This document shows positions 35,901 through 49,055 of a stretch of DNA of 64,000 nucleotides, in pieces (the first letter of the stretch is position 1; each line of letters begins with the position of its first letter). The DNA comes from Pristiophorus japonicus. Lineage: Eukaryota. The position numbers and the translations under genes are program-made. The stretch covers positions 51,460,001 to 51,524,000 of the forward strand of contig NC_091995.1 in assembly GCF_044704955.1 (NCBI RefSeq), read 5' to 3'. Below the pieces are notes generated by a model, which saw only the letters and a list, made by a program, of their open reading frames with translations, was not told the DNA's origin and searched no databases.

Positions 35901-37716
35901 ATCAGATAAGGCACAGCTCTAGCCTTGTGATGGACCCATCTGGCATCCTGTGTGATGTAGATTTTAACTTTAGCCCCTTTGAAGGTGCCCACCCCTGGCT
36001 GAAAGAGATGTTCAAAACGACTTAGAACTGTTGAGCAGGAGGTCCGTTCCTCTGACGACATAGCGTGAACATCATCCCATTTCCAATTTAGTTTTGCCAG
36101 CCAGCTTCTCATCAACAGTGCTGGGAGATCTCCGGGGACAATCCACAGGGGAAGTCGGTTCACCGTCCCTTTGTGTGTGACTGAGAGCATGGCGCTGCAA
36201 AGGACTGGGACAATTTCTTTGGTATAGGTCCTTAGTTTGGTGTCGATCCTTGTGAGTTTTAGTCTGTTGCTTTTGTGTGGCCACAGCTGTTCAAATTGTT
36301 GGACGCTCATGAGAGATTGACTAGCACCCGTGTCCAGTTCCATGTTGACGGGTATCCCGTTGAGTAGGACCCTCATCATTATTGGAGGCGTCTTGTTGTA
36401 AGAACAGTGGACATTGATCGTGTTGACCCGCTGTACCTTGGCGTCCCGGGCACTGTCCCCACCGTCTTCTGGTCTGCTTTCCGACCCTTCTGATTCGTAT
36501 ACCTGCCGAGCTGCTGTTTTTGTGCACATGCGAGCCAGATAGCCTGTATAGTTGCAGTTTCTGCAAACAGCATGATGAAATCGACACCAACTTGTTGAGT
36601 GCCTTCCCCCACATCTCCAGCACAGACCACTTCCATTGTTTCCGAAGGATGAGCTGCGTCTGGCTGGTCTATCTTGAGCTTCTCTCAGTCTGTAGTTGAT
36701 TGCTCGCATTGTGGGTTGATGAGGTGTGAACGGCCGTTCATGTGGCCCTTGATGGCTTCTGGCGCCACTGCCTGCTGTTGAAGGACTGCTCTCCTGCCTT
36801 TGTCTGTTTGTGGGGGTAGCGGCTGTTTCACGCTGTGAACCACTTGTTCCGGGAATGTTTCGTTAGTTGTTGTACCCGCAGTACTGATCAACCTCGTTTC
36901 TTCTTCTCCTGCTAAGAATGTCTGTGTGACCAGTACTGCTGTCTCTAGGGTCAAGTTCTTGGTCTCTATAAGCTTTCGGAATATGCCTGTGTGGCCTATT
37001 CCTTCAATAAAAAAGTCTCTCAGTACTTCTCTCCTTAGTTCATCGGAGAACTCACATAAACTAGCCAGCCTCCGAAGTTCTGCCACGAAGTCAGATATAC
37101 TCTGGCCCACACAGCGTCTGTAGTTGTAGAACCTGTGTCTGGCCATGTGTCGACTGCTCGCTGGCTTCAAGTGGTCTCTCACCAGTGTGCTCAACTCCTC
37201 AAACGACTTGCTTGCTGGTTTCTCATGTGCCAGCAGGTCCTTCATTAAGGCGTATGTTTTCGAGCCACAGCTGGTCAGGAGATGGGCTCTTCTCTTGTCT
37301 GCCTTATCGTCGCCCAACCAGTCTTTGGTTACAAAGCTTTGCTGGAGCCTTTCTATAAAGGCCTCCCAATTGTCTCCGGCATTGTATTTCTAATCTGAGC
37401 CGTTGGTAGCCATTCTGTGGATTCTGTGATCCCGTAACTCGTCGCCACTGTAAAGTCCTGACCCTGCAGTACAGACTTACACGAGGCACATGCTGAAGTC
37501 AAGGTCACTCTGGACCTGCACCTTTATTTCCCAGCTCTCGAGTGCCACACTTGCCTGAGACCTGCCTTTATATACCTGTGTGGAACAGGTATGCAGTGTC
37601 TCCTGCAAGTGCACCCCTGGTGGTAAAGTATGCTTGTAGTTACAGGTCATATCTAGTTACAGTCATGTATAGCATGGTAAGATACAGTTATATAGAGTAG
37701 TGTGAGATACATGACA
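32925..37716 (-). mobile_element. Full-length Gypsy (Mag-like) LTR retrotransposon B; gag-pol broken by stops and a frameshift
   Basis: 268-bp LTRs at 32925-33192 and 37449-37716; TSD ATTAT; PBS TGGCGACGAG (tRNA-Ser type); PPT GGGGGAGGGTGA; two CCHC-type knuckles, LDTGA protease, FEDD RT, RNase H, integrase. Confidence 0.97.
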
Positions 37717-37889
37717 ATTATTTTTTCTGCTGTGTTAATGATTTGTGGATTCTAACTCTGGGAACCTGTGTGGAGACTGATACATCTTGATATTTATTGG
37801 AACCGTTAAACATTTTAAAATAACCGGTTCACTGCCTCCTGTAAAATACCACATGAACTAATTTTTCTTCGCATCCACAGCATACCTGC

Positions 37890-39690
37890 GACCTCCCCAT
37901 TCACTCTCCCCCTGTCCTCTCCCTCCCCTCTACGCTCTCCCCTCCCCATCCACTCTCCCCCTGTCCCCTCCTTCCCCTCCACTCCGTCCCCTCCCCATCC
38001 ACTCTATCCAGTCCCCTCCCAATCCAATCTCTTCCTGTCCCTTCCCTCCCCTCCACTCTCTCCCCTCCCCATCCACTCTCCCTGTCCCTTCCCTCCCCTC
38101 CACTCTGTCCCCTCCCCTTCCAGCTCTCCCTGTCCTCTCCCTCCCCACCACTCTGTACCTGCCCCATCCTCCTCTCCCTGTCCCCTCCCTCCCCTCCACA
38201 CCGTCCTCTCCCCATCCATCTCTCCCTGTCCCATCCCTCCCTCCCCTCCACTCTGTCACCTCCCCATCCATCTCTCCTTGTCCCCTCCCTCCCTTCCCTT
38301 CACTCTGACCCCTCCCCATCCATTCTCTCCCTGTACCCTCCCTCCCCTACACTCCATTCTCTCCCTCATCTCTGTCCCCTCTCCTTGATCCCCACGCTCC
38401 ATCCCCTGCACTCTGTCCCATCCACTCTCTCCCTTTTCGCTCCAATTCCACACCACTACTTTACCCCACTCCGCTCCATTCCCTCCCTACCCCTCTACCA
38501 GCTCCCCATCCACTCTCTCCCATCCCCCTCCTCTTCCTCTCCACTCCTATCTCTTCCTCTCCTTTGTCCCCTCCCCTCAACTTTGTCCCATCCACTCTCT
38601 CCCTGTTCACTCCCATTCCACACCACTACATTATCCCCACCTGTTCCCTCCCTTTGATCCTCCCCCTCCTCTCCACTCCATCTCCTCTACTTTCTCCCCT
38701 CCCATCCGTCCCCTCCACTTTATACACTCCCCATCCAATCTCGCCCTCCCCCAAATTCTCTTTGTCTCCTTCCACTCTCTCCCCTTCTCTCTGTCCCTCA
38801 TATCCGCTCTACCACTCCAGCTCTCCACTCTCCCCTCACATCCACACTCTCTTTGTCCATCTCCTTTATCTCCCTGCTCTTCATACTACCTATATCCTCC
38901 ACTCTCTCACTCCCCCTCTCTCCTTTCCCTTCACTCCTCCTATCCCCTCCACTCGCCCACTCCAGCTCCCCAATCTCTCCCTAACATCCACTATACCTCT
39001 CCCCCTGTCCCCTCTTCCTCCCCTTCACTCCTCCTATCCCCTCCATGCTCCCACTTCAGCTCTACAATCTCTTCCTCACATCCACTCTCCCTCTCCCCCT
39101 GTTCCATCTCTCACTCCCCTTCACTCTATCCATCCCCACCACTCTCCCACTCCACGTCTCCCGTTTCCTCCTCTTCAGTCTCTCCTCGGCTCCACTCTCC
39201 CCTCACCTCTCTACTCTCCCCCCCTCCTCTTTCTCCCACCGCTTCACTCTCTCCTTTCCCTCCACTCTACACAATCTACTCTCTCCCATCCCTCCACTCT
39301 CCACCTCGCCCTCTCCAATTTCCCCAACCCCTCTCCACACTCTCATGCCTCTTCACTCTCCTCCCTCCCCTTGAATCTCTTCCCTCCGTTCTGGTATCTC
39401 CCCTCCTTCCACTGTAACCCTCCCCCACATTTTGCTCTCTCCCTACATTCTCTCCCTCTCCCTCCACACACTCCCTCCCCCTCCTGTGAGTCTCAAATAT
39501 TTCAGGATACTTTTCAATTAATACTGAATCAGAGACAACAGAGAGAGAGAGAGACATGGGCACAAAGAGAGAGAGAAAGGGGGGGCTGCGGGGTGGGGGG
39601 CGGGAGTGAGAGAGAGAGAGACAGAGAGAGAGAGAGATAATAATACAAGGACAGGGAGAGAAACAAAGAGTGAGATATAGAGTAGAAGGA
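37890..39690. repeat. 1.6-kb C/T-rich low-complexity tract followed by a GA-rich tract
   Basis: Strongly pyrimidine-biased + strand from 37890 to 39485. Confidence 0.95.
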
Positions 39691-39719
39691 GAGCAAGCTG
39701 GCTACAAAGCAGCACACAG

Positions 39720-42700
39720 TGAAGAGTGGGTGAGGGTAGTTAATCAGACTGATGGAAGGTGGGGAGTGGGGTTCTACTGGGATCGGTGCCGGGACCACTG
39801 CTGTGCACCATTTACATAAACAATTTGTACAATTTCGACATTTGCGGATGGCACCAAATTGGGGAGTACAGTTAGCACTGAGGAAGACTGTTATACAATT
39901 AGATTTTAATAACCTTGCAGAATGTGAGCGTAAATGACTATTGAATTTCTATATAAATAAGTGTGAGGCGGTGTATTTTGGTAGGAGGGATAGGGATGTC
40001 ACACACATCTTGGAAATTAAGCATCTAAATGGTAGAGGACAAAGGGGCATAATGGTAAACATTCAGAAATCATTAAAAGTAGCAACGTAAATTAATAAGG
40101 CCATGAAATGCAAAGTAAGCACTGTGGCAGGGTAGCCTTGAGGAACAGTTCATAGAGTGTATCCGGGATCATTTCCTTGTGGAACCAACCAGGGAGCAGG
40201 CGATCTTAGATCTGGTACTGTGTAATGAGACAGGATTAATAAATGATCTGCTAGTAAAGGATCCTCTGGGAATGACTGACCATAACACGGTTAAATTTCA
40301 AATTTAGTTGAAGAATGAGAAAGTTGGATCTCAAACCAGTGTCCTAAACTTAAATAAAGGAGACGACAAAGGTATGAGGGCAGAGTTGGCTAAAGTGGAC
40401 TTGGAAAATAGACTAAAGAAGTTGATGAGCAATGGCAGACATTTAAGGAGATATTTGATAACTCACAACAAAAAATGTATCCGAATGAGAAGGAAAGGCT
40501 GTAAGAGAAGGGATAGCCATCTGCGCCGAACTTAGGAAATAAGGGATGGTATCAAATTGAAAACAAGGGCATACAATGTGGCCAAGACTAGTAGGAGGCC
40601 AGAGGATTGGGAAACTTTTAAAAGCCAGCAAAGAATGACTAAAAAAATGATAAAGAGAGGAAAGATAGATTATGAAACTAAACTAGCACGAAATATAAAA
40701 TCAAATAGTAAGAGTTTCTACAGGTACATAAAAAGGAAATGACTGGCTAAAGTAAATGTTGGTCCCCTAGAGGATGGGCTTGGGGAATTAATAATGGAGA
40801 ATGGGGAAATGGCAGAGACATTGAACAATTTTTTCTTATCGGTCTTCACAGTAGAAGACACTAAAAACATCGCAATAATGGATAATCAAGAGGCTTTGGG
40901 GAGGAGGAACTTAATACATTCACTAACACTACAGAAGTAGAATTCGGTAAAATATTGGGACTAAAGGCAAACAAGTCCCCTGGACCTGATGGCTTACATC
41001 CTCGGGTCTTAAAAGAAGCAGGTGTGGAGATAGTGGATGCATTGGTTGTGACCTACCAAAATTTACTGGATTCTGGGGCGGTCCCAGCGGATTGGAAAAC
41101 TGCAAATGTAATGCTCCTATTTAAAAAAGCAGGCAGACGAAAAGCAGGAAACTATAGGCCAGTTAGCTGAACATCTGTCATTGGGAAAATGCTGGAGTCC
41201 ATTATGAAGGAAGCAGTAGCGGGACATTTGGAAAAGCATAATTCAATCAAGCAGAGTTAGCATGGTTTTATGAAAGGAAAATCATGTTTCACACATTTGC
41301 TTGAGTTTTTTGAGGATGTAACGAGCAGGGCGGAAAAAGAGGAACCAGTGGATGTGGTGCATTTGGATTTCCCAAAGGCAATCAATAAGGCGCCGTATTA
41401 AAGGTTACTGCACAAGATAAAAGTTCACGGACTTGGGAGAAATATATTAACATAGATGAAGGATTGGTTAACTAACAGAAAACAGAGAGTGACGATAAAT
41501 GGGTAATTTTCCGGTTGGCAAACTGTAACTAGTGTGGTGCCGCAGGGAGCGGTGCTGGGGCCTCAGCTATTTACAATCTATAGTAATGACTTGGATGAAT
41601 GGACCAAGTGTAATGTTGCCAAGTTTGCTGATGATACAAAGCTGGGTGGAAAAACAAATTGTGAGGAGGACACAACAAATATGCAAAGGCATATAGACCG
41701 GTTAAGTGAGTGGGAAAAAATGGCAGATAGAGTACAATGTGAGGTTATCCACTTGGCAGAAATAATAGAAAAGCAAATTATAATTTAAGTGGAGAAAAAT
41801 TTCAAAGTGCTGCAGTAAAGAGAGACCTGCGGGTCATTGTGCATGAAACGCAAAAAGTGAGTATGCGGGTACACCAATATTCAGGAGGGCAAATGGAATG
41901 TTGGCCGTTATTGCAAGGGGAATAGAGTATAAAAGCAGAGACGTCCTCCTACAACGGCACAGGATATTGGTGAGGCCATACCTGGAGCACTGCGTACAGT
42001 TTTGGTGTCCGTATTTAAAGAAGGATATACAGTACTTGCATTGGAGGCTGTGCAGAGACGGTTCACTAGACTGATTCCGGAGATGATAGGGTTGAATTAT
42101 GAAGATAGGTTGAGTAGTTTGAGCCGATACTCATTGGATTTCAGAAGAATGAGAGGTGATCTTTTCGAAACATATAAGATAATGAGGGGGCCAGACAAGT
42201 TGGATGCAGACAGGATATTTTCACTCACAGTGAAATTAAAACTAGGGGACATAGTCTTAGAATAAGAGGCTGCCTGTTTAAAATTGAGATGAGGAGGAAT
42301 TTCTCCTCAGAGTGTTGTAAATCTATGGAAGTCTCTGTCACAGAGAGCTGTGGAGGGTGGGTCATTGAATATATTTAATGCTGAGATAGACAGATTTTTG
42401 AGTGATAAGGGAATATGGGGTGCGGCCAGGAAAGTGGAGATGAGTCCATGATCAGATCAGCCATGATCTTATTAAATGATGGAGCAGGCTCGAGGGGCGA
42501 GGTGGCCTACTCCTGCCCCTATTTCTTATGTTCTTATGATCATTTCTAGAGGAATAGAAACAAAAAAAAGGAAGTTATGTTAAACGTACTGAACCTTGGT
42601 TAGGCTACACACAGAGTACTGCGTACACTTCTGGTCTCCATATTACAGAAAGGATATAGAGGCACTGGAGAAGCTGCAAAAAATATTTAAAAGGATGATA

Positions 42701-43060
42701 CCAGAACTGAGAGGTTATTACTATGAGGAAAGACTGAACAGGCTGGGGCTTTTTTCTCTAGAAAAGTGAAGACTGAGAGGTGAGATGATAGAGGGTTTTA
42801 AGGTTTGATGGGGTAGATGTAGAGAAGACATTTCCACTTGTGGGGAACCAAAACTAGCGCGCATAAAAGTAAGATAGTCAATTGTAAATCCAATAAAGCA
42901 TTCAGGAAAAACATTTTTACCCAAAGGATGGTTAGAATGTGCAACTTGCTGCCACATGGAGTAGATCAGGTAAATAGCATTGAAGCCTTAAAGGGGAAGC
43001 GAGAGGAGTCCATGAAGGAGGAAGGAAGAGAAGGCTATGCTCTTTGGGTTAGATGAAGTA
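39720..43060 (+). mobile_element. Old CR1 (39720-40127, 42539-43060) with a younger CR1 nested at about 40128-42538
   Basis: Inner element has an endonuclease C-terminus (DHN), RT FADD and a ttcttatg tail. The outer element rejoins as aagcactg...catttctagaggaataga. Confidence 0.85.
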
Positions 43061-43519
43061 GCTATCTATTTTTTTCAAAGCACCTCACATAATTCTGGGC
43101 ACAGCGTTCCACATTGTCACAATACATTGTGTGAAAATGCTGTTCCTGGATTCAACTGGAACTGGTTTTATTCATACCAGTATGTGAATTTAAATTTACA
43201 AGTTAACTTATTTGGGTAAGAAAATGCAAAAATTCCAGTTTCCTGTCAAGGACATATCACAGGCAGATAAAAATTTCTAGGTACATCATCCAACAGCCAG
43301 CACTGGTTAATTATGTCAACAAAACCATTACATTGACTGATAGCACTACACCTTAAAAACATTTAACTGATTCGTGATTGTCCAATCTGCTGTTTCCAAT
43401 TAGATTTTATTGGGTTGTTTTGTAGTTTTCTGATACCGCCCCATAAAATCTTGTGCAGAAAATGGGCATAACTTGGAATTAAAAGATACACATCTATGCA
43501 TGCAGGAATAATGAGTGTT

Positions 43520-45290
43520 TCAATGGATAAGGGGAAACAGTGGATAAGGGGGAACTAGTGGATGTGGCGCATTTGGATTTCCAGAAAGCATTCGATAAGT
43601 TGCCACATAAAAGGTTAATGCACAAGATAAAAGTTCATGGGGTTGGAGGTAATATATTAACATGGACAGAGGATTGGCTAACGAACAGAAAACGGAGAGT
43701 CACGATAAATGGGTGATTTTCCGGTTGGCAAACTGCAACTAGTGTGGTGCCGCAGGGATTGGTGCTGGGGTCTCAACTATTTACAATCTATTTTATTGAC
43801 TTGGATGAAGGAACCGAGTGTAATGCCGCCAAGATTGCTGATGATACAAAGATGGGTGGGAGAGCAAATTGTGGGGACACAAAAAATCTGCAACGGGATA
43901 TAGACAGGCTAAGTGAGTGGGCAAAAATTTGGTAGATAGACTTTAATGTGGGAAAGCATGAGCTTTTCCATTTTGGACGAAAAAATAGAAGAGCAAACTA
44001 TAATTTAAATGGTGAACAATTTCAAAGTGCGACAGTACAGAGGGATCTGGGGGTCCTTATGCATGAAACACAACAAGTTAGTATGCAGGTAAAGCAAATA
44101 ATCGGGAAGGCAGAGTAATTTAACATTGGGAAGCCTTCAAAGGGAGGATGTTTCGGGTATATATTAAACACATTCGTTCGAGGGGAAAAGGAAGGGCACC
44201 CAAAGCTAGAGCTTCCTGGGTGACTGATCATATAGAGATTACAATGGGACCGAAAGAAGAGACTTATGACAAATGTCAAGTTCATAATACAGTAGGGAAT
44301 GAAGCTGAATACAGATAGTACAGAGGAGATCGAAGTAAAGAATAAGAAGGGCAAATGGAGAGTATGAGAGTAGATTAGAAACTTACATAAAAGGTAAAAT
44401 AAAAGCACTTTGTAAATATAAAGAGTAACAGGCTTGTCACAGGAAGGGACCAAAAAGGAGATATTCTTATGTAGGGAGAACATAATTGAGTTAATAAATA
44501 AATACTTTGCACCTGTATGTCATAATATTTGAAGGTGGCAGGACAAGTTGAGAAGGCTGATAAAACGATGGGATCCTGGGCTTTATTAATACCAGAATAG
44601 AGCACAAAAGCAAGGAAAATATGCTAAACCTTTATAAACACTGATTAGGTCTCAGTTGAAATAATATGTTCAATTCTGGGCACCAAACTTCAGGAAGTAT
44701 GGGTCACGACGTTGGAGAGAGTGCAGAAGAGATTTACTAGTATGGTACCAGGGATGTGGAACTTCAGTTATGTGGAGAGACTGGAGAAGCTGTGGTTGTT
44801 GTCCTTAAAACAGAAAAGATTCAGAGGAGATTTTATAGAGGTGTTCAAAATAATGAACGGTTTTAATAGAGCAAGTCAGGAGAAACTATTTCCAGTGGCA
44901 CAAATATCGATAACCAGTGGTCACAGATTTAAGATGATTGACAAAAGAACCAGAGGAGACTTGCAGGAACAATTTTTCACAGTGAGTTGTTATCTGTAAT
45001 TCACTGAATGAAAGGGTGGTGGAAGCAGATTTAACAGTAAATTTGAATTTTGATATTGACAAATATTAAAGGGACAACAAGAAAACAGGGTTACGGCGAA
45101 AGAACAGGTGAGTGGGACTAAATGGTTAGCTCTAGAACAGAGCAGACATAGGCACAATGGCTCGAATGGCCTCCATATATGCTGTATAATTCTCTGATTA
45201 GATGGAGTTAAATACAGATCAGCCATGGTCTATTCGAGTGGTAGAAAAAGGCTCGAGGGATTGAATGGGCTCCTCCTATTCCTAAATTAA
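43520..45290 (+). mobile_element. Patchwork of CR1 fragments
   Basis: RT motifs (VPQGLVLG, IADD; ERVQKRFT) and two 3' UTR remnants. Confidence 0.8.
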
Positions 45291-45636
45291 TCTTGGTGAT
45301 AGTGGAGGTAAATTGCTTAACATATTGGTATAACATTACTTTGCCTGTTATTTTAATGGTGCAGCCTATTTACAAGTGGGATATGACCTGTGTTAAAGCA
45401 ATGGACAATAACATGTCACACTAATATTGTCAACGGTAATTTCAGGCAGAAAACGTACAGCGGTGCAACAAGTAATGAGAGGCAACGAACAAGTGTTTTT
45501 ATAGTTTGGTCTGAAAATCCTCTTTTCATTCTTTTCAACCTGTACATAGCAGATAGATTTACAGCTTCACTTAAAATGAGGACGGTTACATTTTCAGATT
45601 GTGCAGCTTGTAAACTTTAGATCAACCAGCAAAAAT

Positions 45637-45990
45637 AGTGAAAGTCAAACTGCCGATGAGCAGCCTTTCATTGACCTTAACAAGGTGAGTTGTGTTGGCC
45701 AGTGAGCTTTGCATCTGTTCTGTTGAGGTACAAACACGGGATAGGAGATTGTTGATGATTTTAACAGCCAGCTCTATTATCGCTACCCATAAGGTTCAGT
45801 GGGAAATATTCTCGCTGGTGTTTTCAATTTGTTTCACAGATTTACTCCAGGCTCAAGTCTTTGCCGTTGACCAGTGTGTTCTTTTCTAATCCAGTTCTGC
45901 CCACAGTTCGTAAAGCTGGGAAGAGGACCGTAGATTTCTTCCCGAGTGCCGCTAGGTGATTTGTTTCCCATTGGATTGACTGAGTTTCAC
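45637..45990 (+). promoter_or_regulatory. Candidate promoter elements of the class I gene
   Basis: ISRE-like AGTGAAAGTCAAACT 45637-45651; CCCATTGG (inverted CCAAT) 45967-45974; AGTTTCAC 45983-45990, about 100 bp upstream of the ATG. Confidence 0.35.
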
Positions 45991-46087
45991 GGAACGAGAT
46001 AAACAGAATAATGTGGGAGGGGATCGGAAATCTACAAAACCTTCCGGTCTCGCTGCGCAGGGTTTTACCTGAGCGACTCTCTGAAAC

Positions 46088-46139
46088 ATGTTCCACTTTG
46101 CTTTCCTGAGCCTTTGCTATTTTCAAAGGGCGGTTCCTG
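46088..46139 (+). CDS. Non-classical MHC class I gene, exon 1 (signal peptide)
   Basis: aacATG; MFHFAFLSLCYFQRAVP plus G|GTAAGT; phase 1 joins alpha1 as V-SHSL. Confidence 0.85.
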
Positions 46140-46237
46140 GTAAGTCAAACCACGGGACTTGTGCGGCTGTATTCTTTATTGCATGACATGACTGCCAGCA
46201 TGAACAATATATTCGACACGTGTATAATCTGAGTTAG

Positions 46238-47121
46238 TTACACTGACTTACTCCGTGTTTAGTCCGGTTTTCACTGACTGTTTCCATGTTTAGTCCGGGT
46301 TACACTGACTGTCCCATATTTCGTCCGGGATACACTGACTTACAGCGTGTTCAGTCCGGGTTACATCGACTGTCCCGTGTTTAGTCTGGGTTACAGTGAC
46401 TGCCCTGTGTTTCGTCCCAGTTACACCGACTGTCCCGTGTTTAGTCCGGGTTACACTGACTGCCACGGGTTTAGTCCGGGATACACTGACTGCCCTGTGT
46501 TTAGTCCGGGTTCCACTGAATTTCCCGTGTTTAATCCTGGTTACACTGATGGCCCTCGTATTTACTCCGGGTTACACCAACTGTCCGGTGTTTAGTACGG
46601 GTAAACTGACTGCACCTTGTTTAGTGTGGGATACACTGAGTGCCCCGTGTTTAGTCCGGGATATACCGACTGCCCCATGTTTAGTCCAGAATAAACTGAG
46701 TGCCCCTTGTTTAGTCCGGGATATACTGACTGCCCCATGTTTCGTCTGGGATACACCGAGTTCCCCTTGTTTAGTCCGAGATATACCGACTGCCCCATGT
46801 TAATCCGGGATGCACCAAGTGCCCCGTGTTTAGTCCAGAATAAACCGAGTGCCCCGTGTTTAGTCCGGGATACAGCGACTGTCCTGTGTTTAATCCGGGA
46901 TACAGCGACTGTCCTGTGTTTAGTCCGGGATACACCAACTGCCCCGTGCTTAGTCCAGGATACAGTGACTGTCCTGTGTTTAATCCTGTTACACCGACTG
47001 CCCCGTGTTTAATCCTGTTACACTGACTGCCCTGTGTTTAGTCCAGGATATACCGACTGCTCCGTGTTTAGTCCGGGATACACCGACTGCCCCATGTTTA
47101 GTCCAGGTTACGCCGACTGCC
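46238..47121. repeat. 30-bp minisatellite (about 29 copies) in intron 1
   Basis: Unit gtttagtccgggatacactgactgccccgt. Confidence 0.96.
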
Positions 47122-48794
47122 TCGGACCTTGCGGATGCCCTATGGGAGCTCCTGTGCTGATTGAATCTCTGAGGAGATGATATGGGCTTGTGTGGTGCTG
47201 GACGCTGAAGAAAGTTGCCGGCCGACTGACTGCAGGAATGGAGTGATGTCCATCAATTGTAGATGGGGATTTGTGCTTGAATCAGGCTGACGCATTGCCA
47301 AGTTTGGTTGGCCTCATTTCTGGATGTTTCAGCACATGACCTCCAGTCGAATCACACCGCCTTTATTCCCCATCTCCAATACTTTTATAATTGCGACTTT
47401 TCCCAATGTTATATTTCTCCCAAGTTTCTTGCAGCGGTATCCAGGCGATTAATCTTTAATTCCTGGACATTGCAGGATAGTTGGAAAATCTAAACTCCAC
47501 CAGTCCGAGAGATAAAGTTGAAGGGGTCTTGATAATGTCGTGTGACTCACACTTTGCCTCTATTCATTTTGACACCGTCTATTTCTGGCAGCAGACCTGG
47601 CCACCTAAATGATGGACTGTCTGAAAATCAGAATGTGTGGAAAATGACCCAGTGGTCAGTAGTTCGGTGTCCTTGTTACTGCTCCATTGTTGGTCACCAA
47701 CACGGCAGCAGCAACTAGCAAGGATTTGTATTGGGTTTAGAGAGAGGGCCGTCATAATTGGGCAGCAGAAGAGAAACATTCCCTGACTGTATTCGGGGCA
47801 AGGAGCCTCATTCGCTGGGAGTGATGTTCTGTTGTGAGTGAGGATCTGAGCTGCCAGGACATACTCTTGACAATGGCCTGGAAGTGCACCGACGTTTTGT
47901 CTCCCTGGTCTGAACACGCTTGTTGGGAGCATGCTGTCCCACATGGAAAGTTAAGGCCATATTCATTGAAGGATACATTTATGTCCAGATTTTCATTCCA
48001 ACAGATCCAGTTGTTCTAATTTAGGGTTTGTGCACCAATCGGGTAATGGAGCTAAGGACCGTCCTCGCTCAAAAAATCCAAACTAGACCAACAAAGAAAT
48101 AAATGTAGAGTTAAATGAGTCTCCTGGTGTCACATGCCAGATTGGCAGGATCTGTAGGCCCATGTGGATCACATTTTGCAACACTTGAATTTTCTGGTGG
48201 CAGAAAGCGTGTCTTTAAACCTTGTAATCCTAACAGAACTAGATCATCATCTCATACATTCTCTCGTGGTTCTACACACACGGAAAGAGGATATTGACAT
48301 GACAAATGAGTTACCAGCTGCCACTCGAGCATTCTCCCAGCTGTAGGGACAGATGCCGGGCAGTATGCCAGGAAGCGTTTCCCGGATCACGCCCTTTGGC
48401 TCCCTATTTAAACCTATTTTCTTTTCTACATCCACCCATGTCTGATCGGGTATTTCATGCCCCAGCAATCCTCGACTGTATAATGAATCTATGGGGAGAA
48501 ATGAACGTTGGTGAGCTGCGAAACGCGTGCAAGTGGTTCAGTTCGTCGTCAAACAACCCATTTGATTTTCCTCCTCATTGACTTCAGTGGAAAGAAAATC
48601 ATGCGGTGCATTTACCGCCCAATTCACACTCTGGCTTCAATTGAATTCCACTCCAACCTCTGACCTCTGCGCTCAACTGATCAATCACATGGGGCTGATT
48701 TACACTCTCAGCGTCGGGTTGAAAACTGCGGTAATGGGTCTACATTTCTAATATTTGATCTTCCAATGACGGGGATTTTTTTATTCTGTTCCAG

Positions 48795-49055
48795 TGTCTC
48801 ATTCTCTGCTATATTACTACACCCTGAGCCATGGGAGTGCTGATCTGCCGGAGTATAGTTTCCTGGGACGTTTGGACGGCTCTGAGACAACCTATTACGA
48901 CGATAATATGAACATAACTGTTCCAAGACAGCACTGGATGGCGAAAGCATTTAACAAGCGATACTGGGAAGAATGCACAATCACTCAAGCGGGTTTCCAC
49001 GGTATCATCAAGGGACAGTTTGATAGATGGCTACAGCAGGGCAACCAAACATCAA
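48795..49055 (+). CDS. Non-classical MHC class I gene, alpha1 exon (261 nt)
   Basis: Acceptor tctgttccag, donor A|GTGAGT; SHSLLYYYT...LDG...PRQHWM...YWE...NQT; open frame. Confidence 0.95.

Noticed and set aside
37901-39640. Pro/Ser/Leu-rich and Gly/Glu/Arg-rich ORFs (up to 358 aa)
   Set aside because: Stop-poor low-complexity DNA.
46347-47012. Repetitive Cys-containing ORFs (PGYTDCPVFS)n
   Set aside because: Translation of the 30-bp intronic minisatellite; no splice or start context.
47150-48300. Unassigned intron 1 segment, considered as a decayed viral or transposon ORF
   Set aside because: No recognisable motif in the frames examined; needs a database search.
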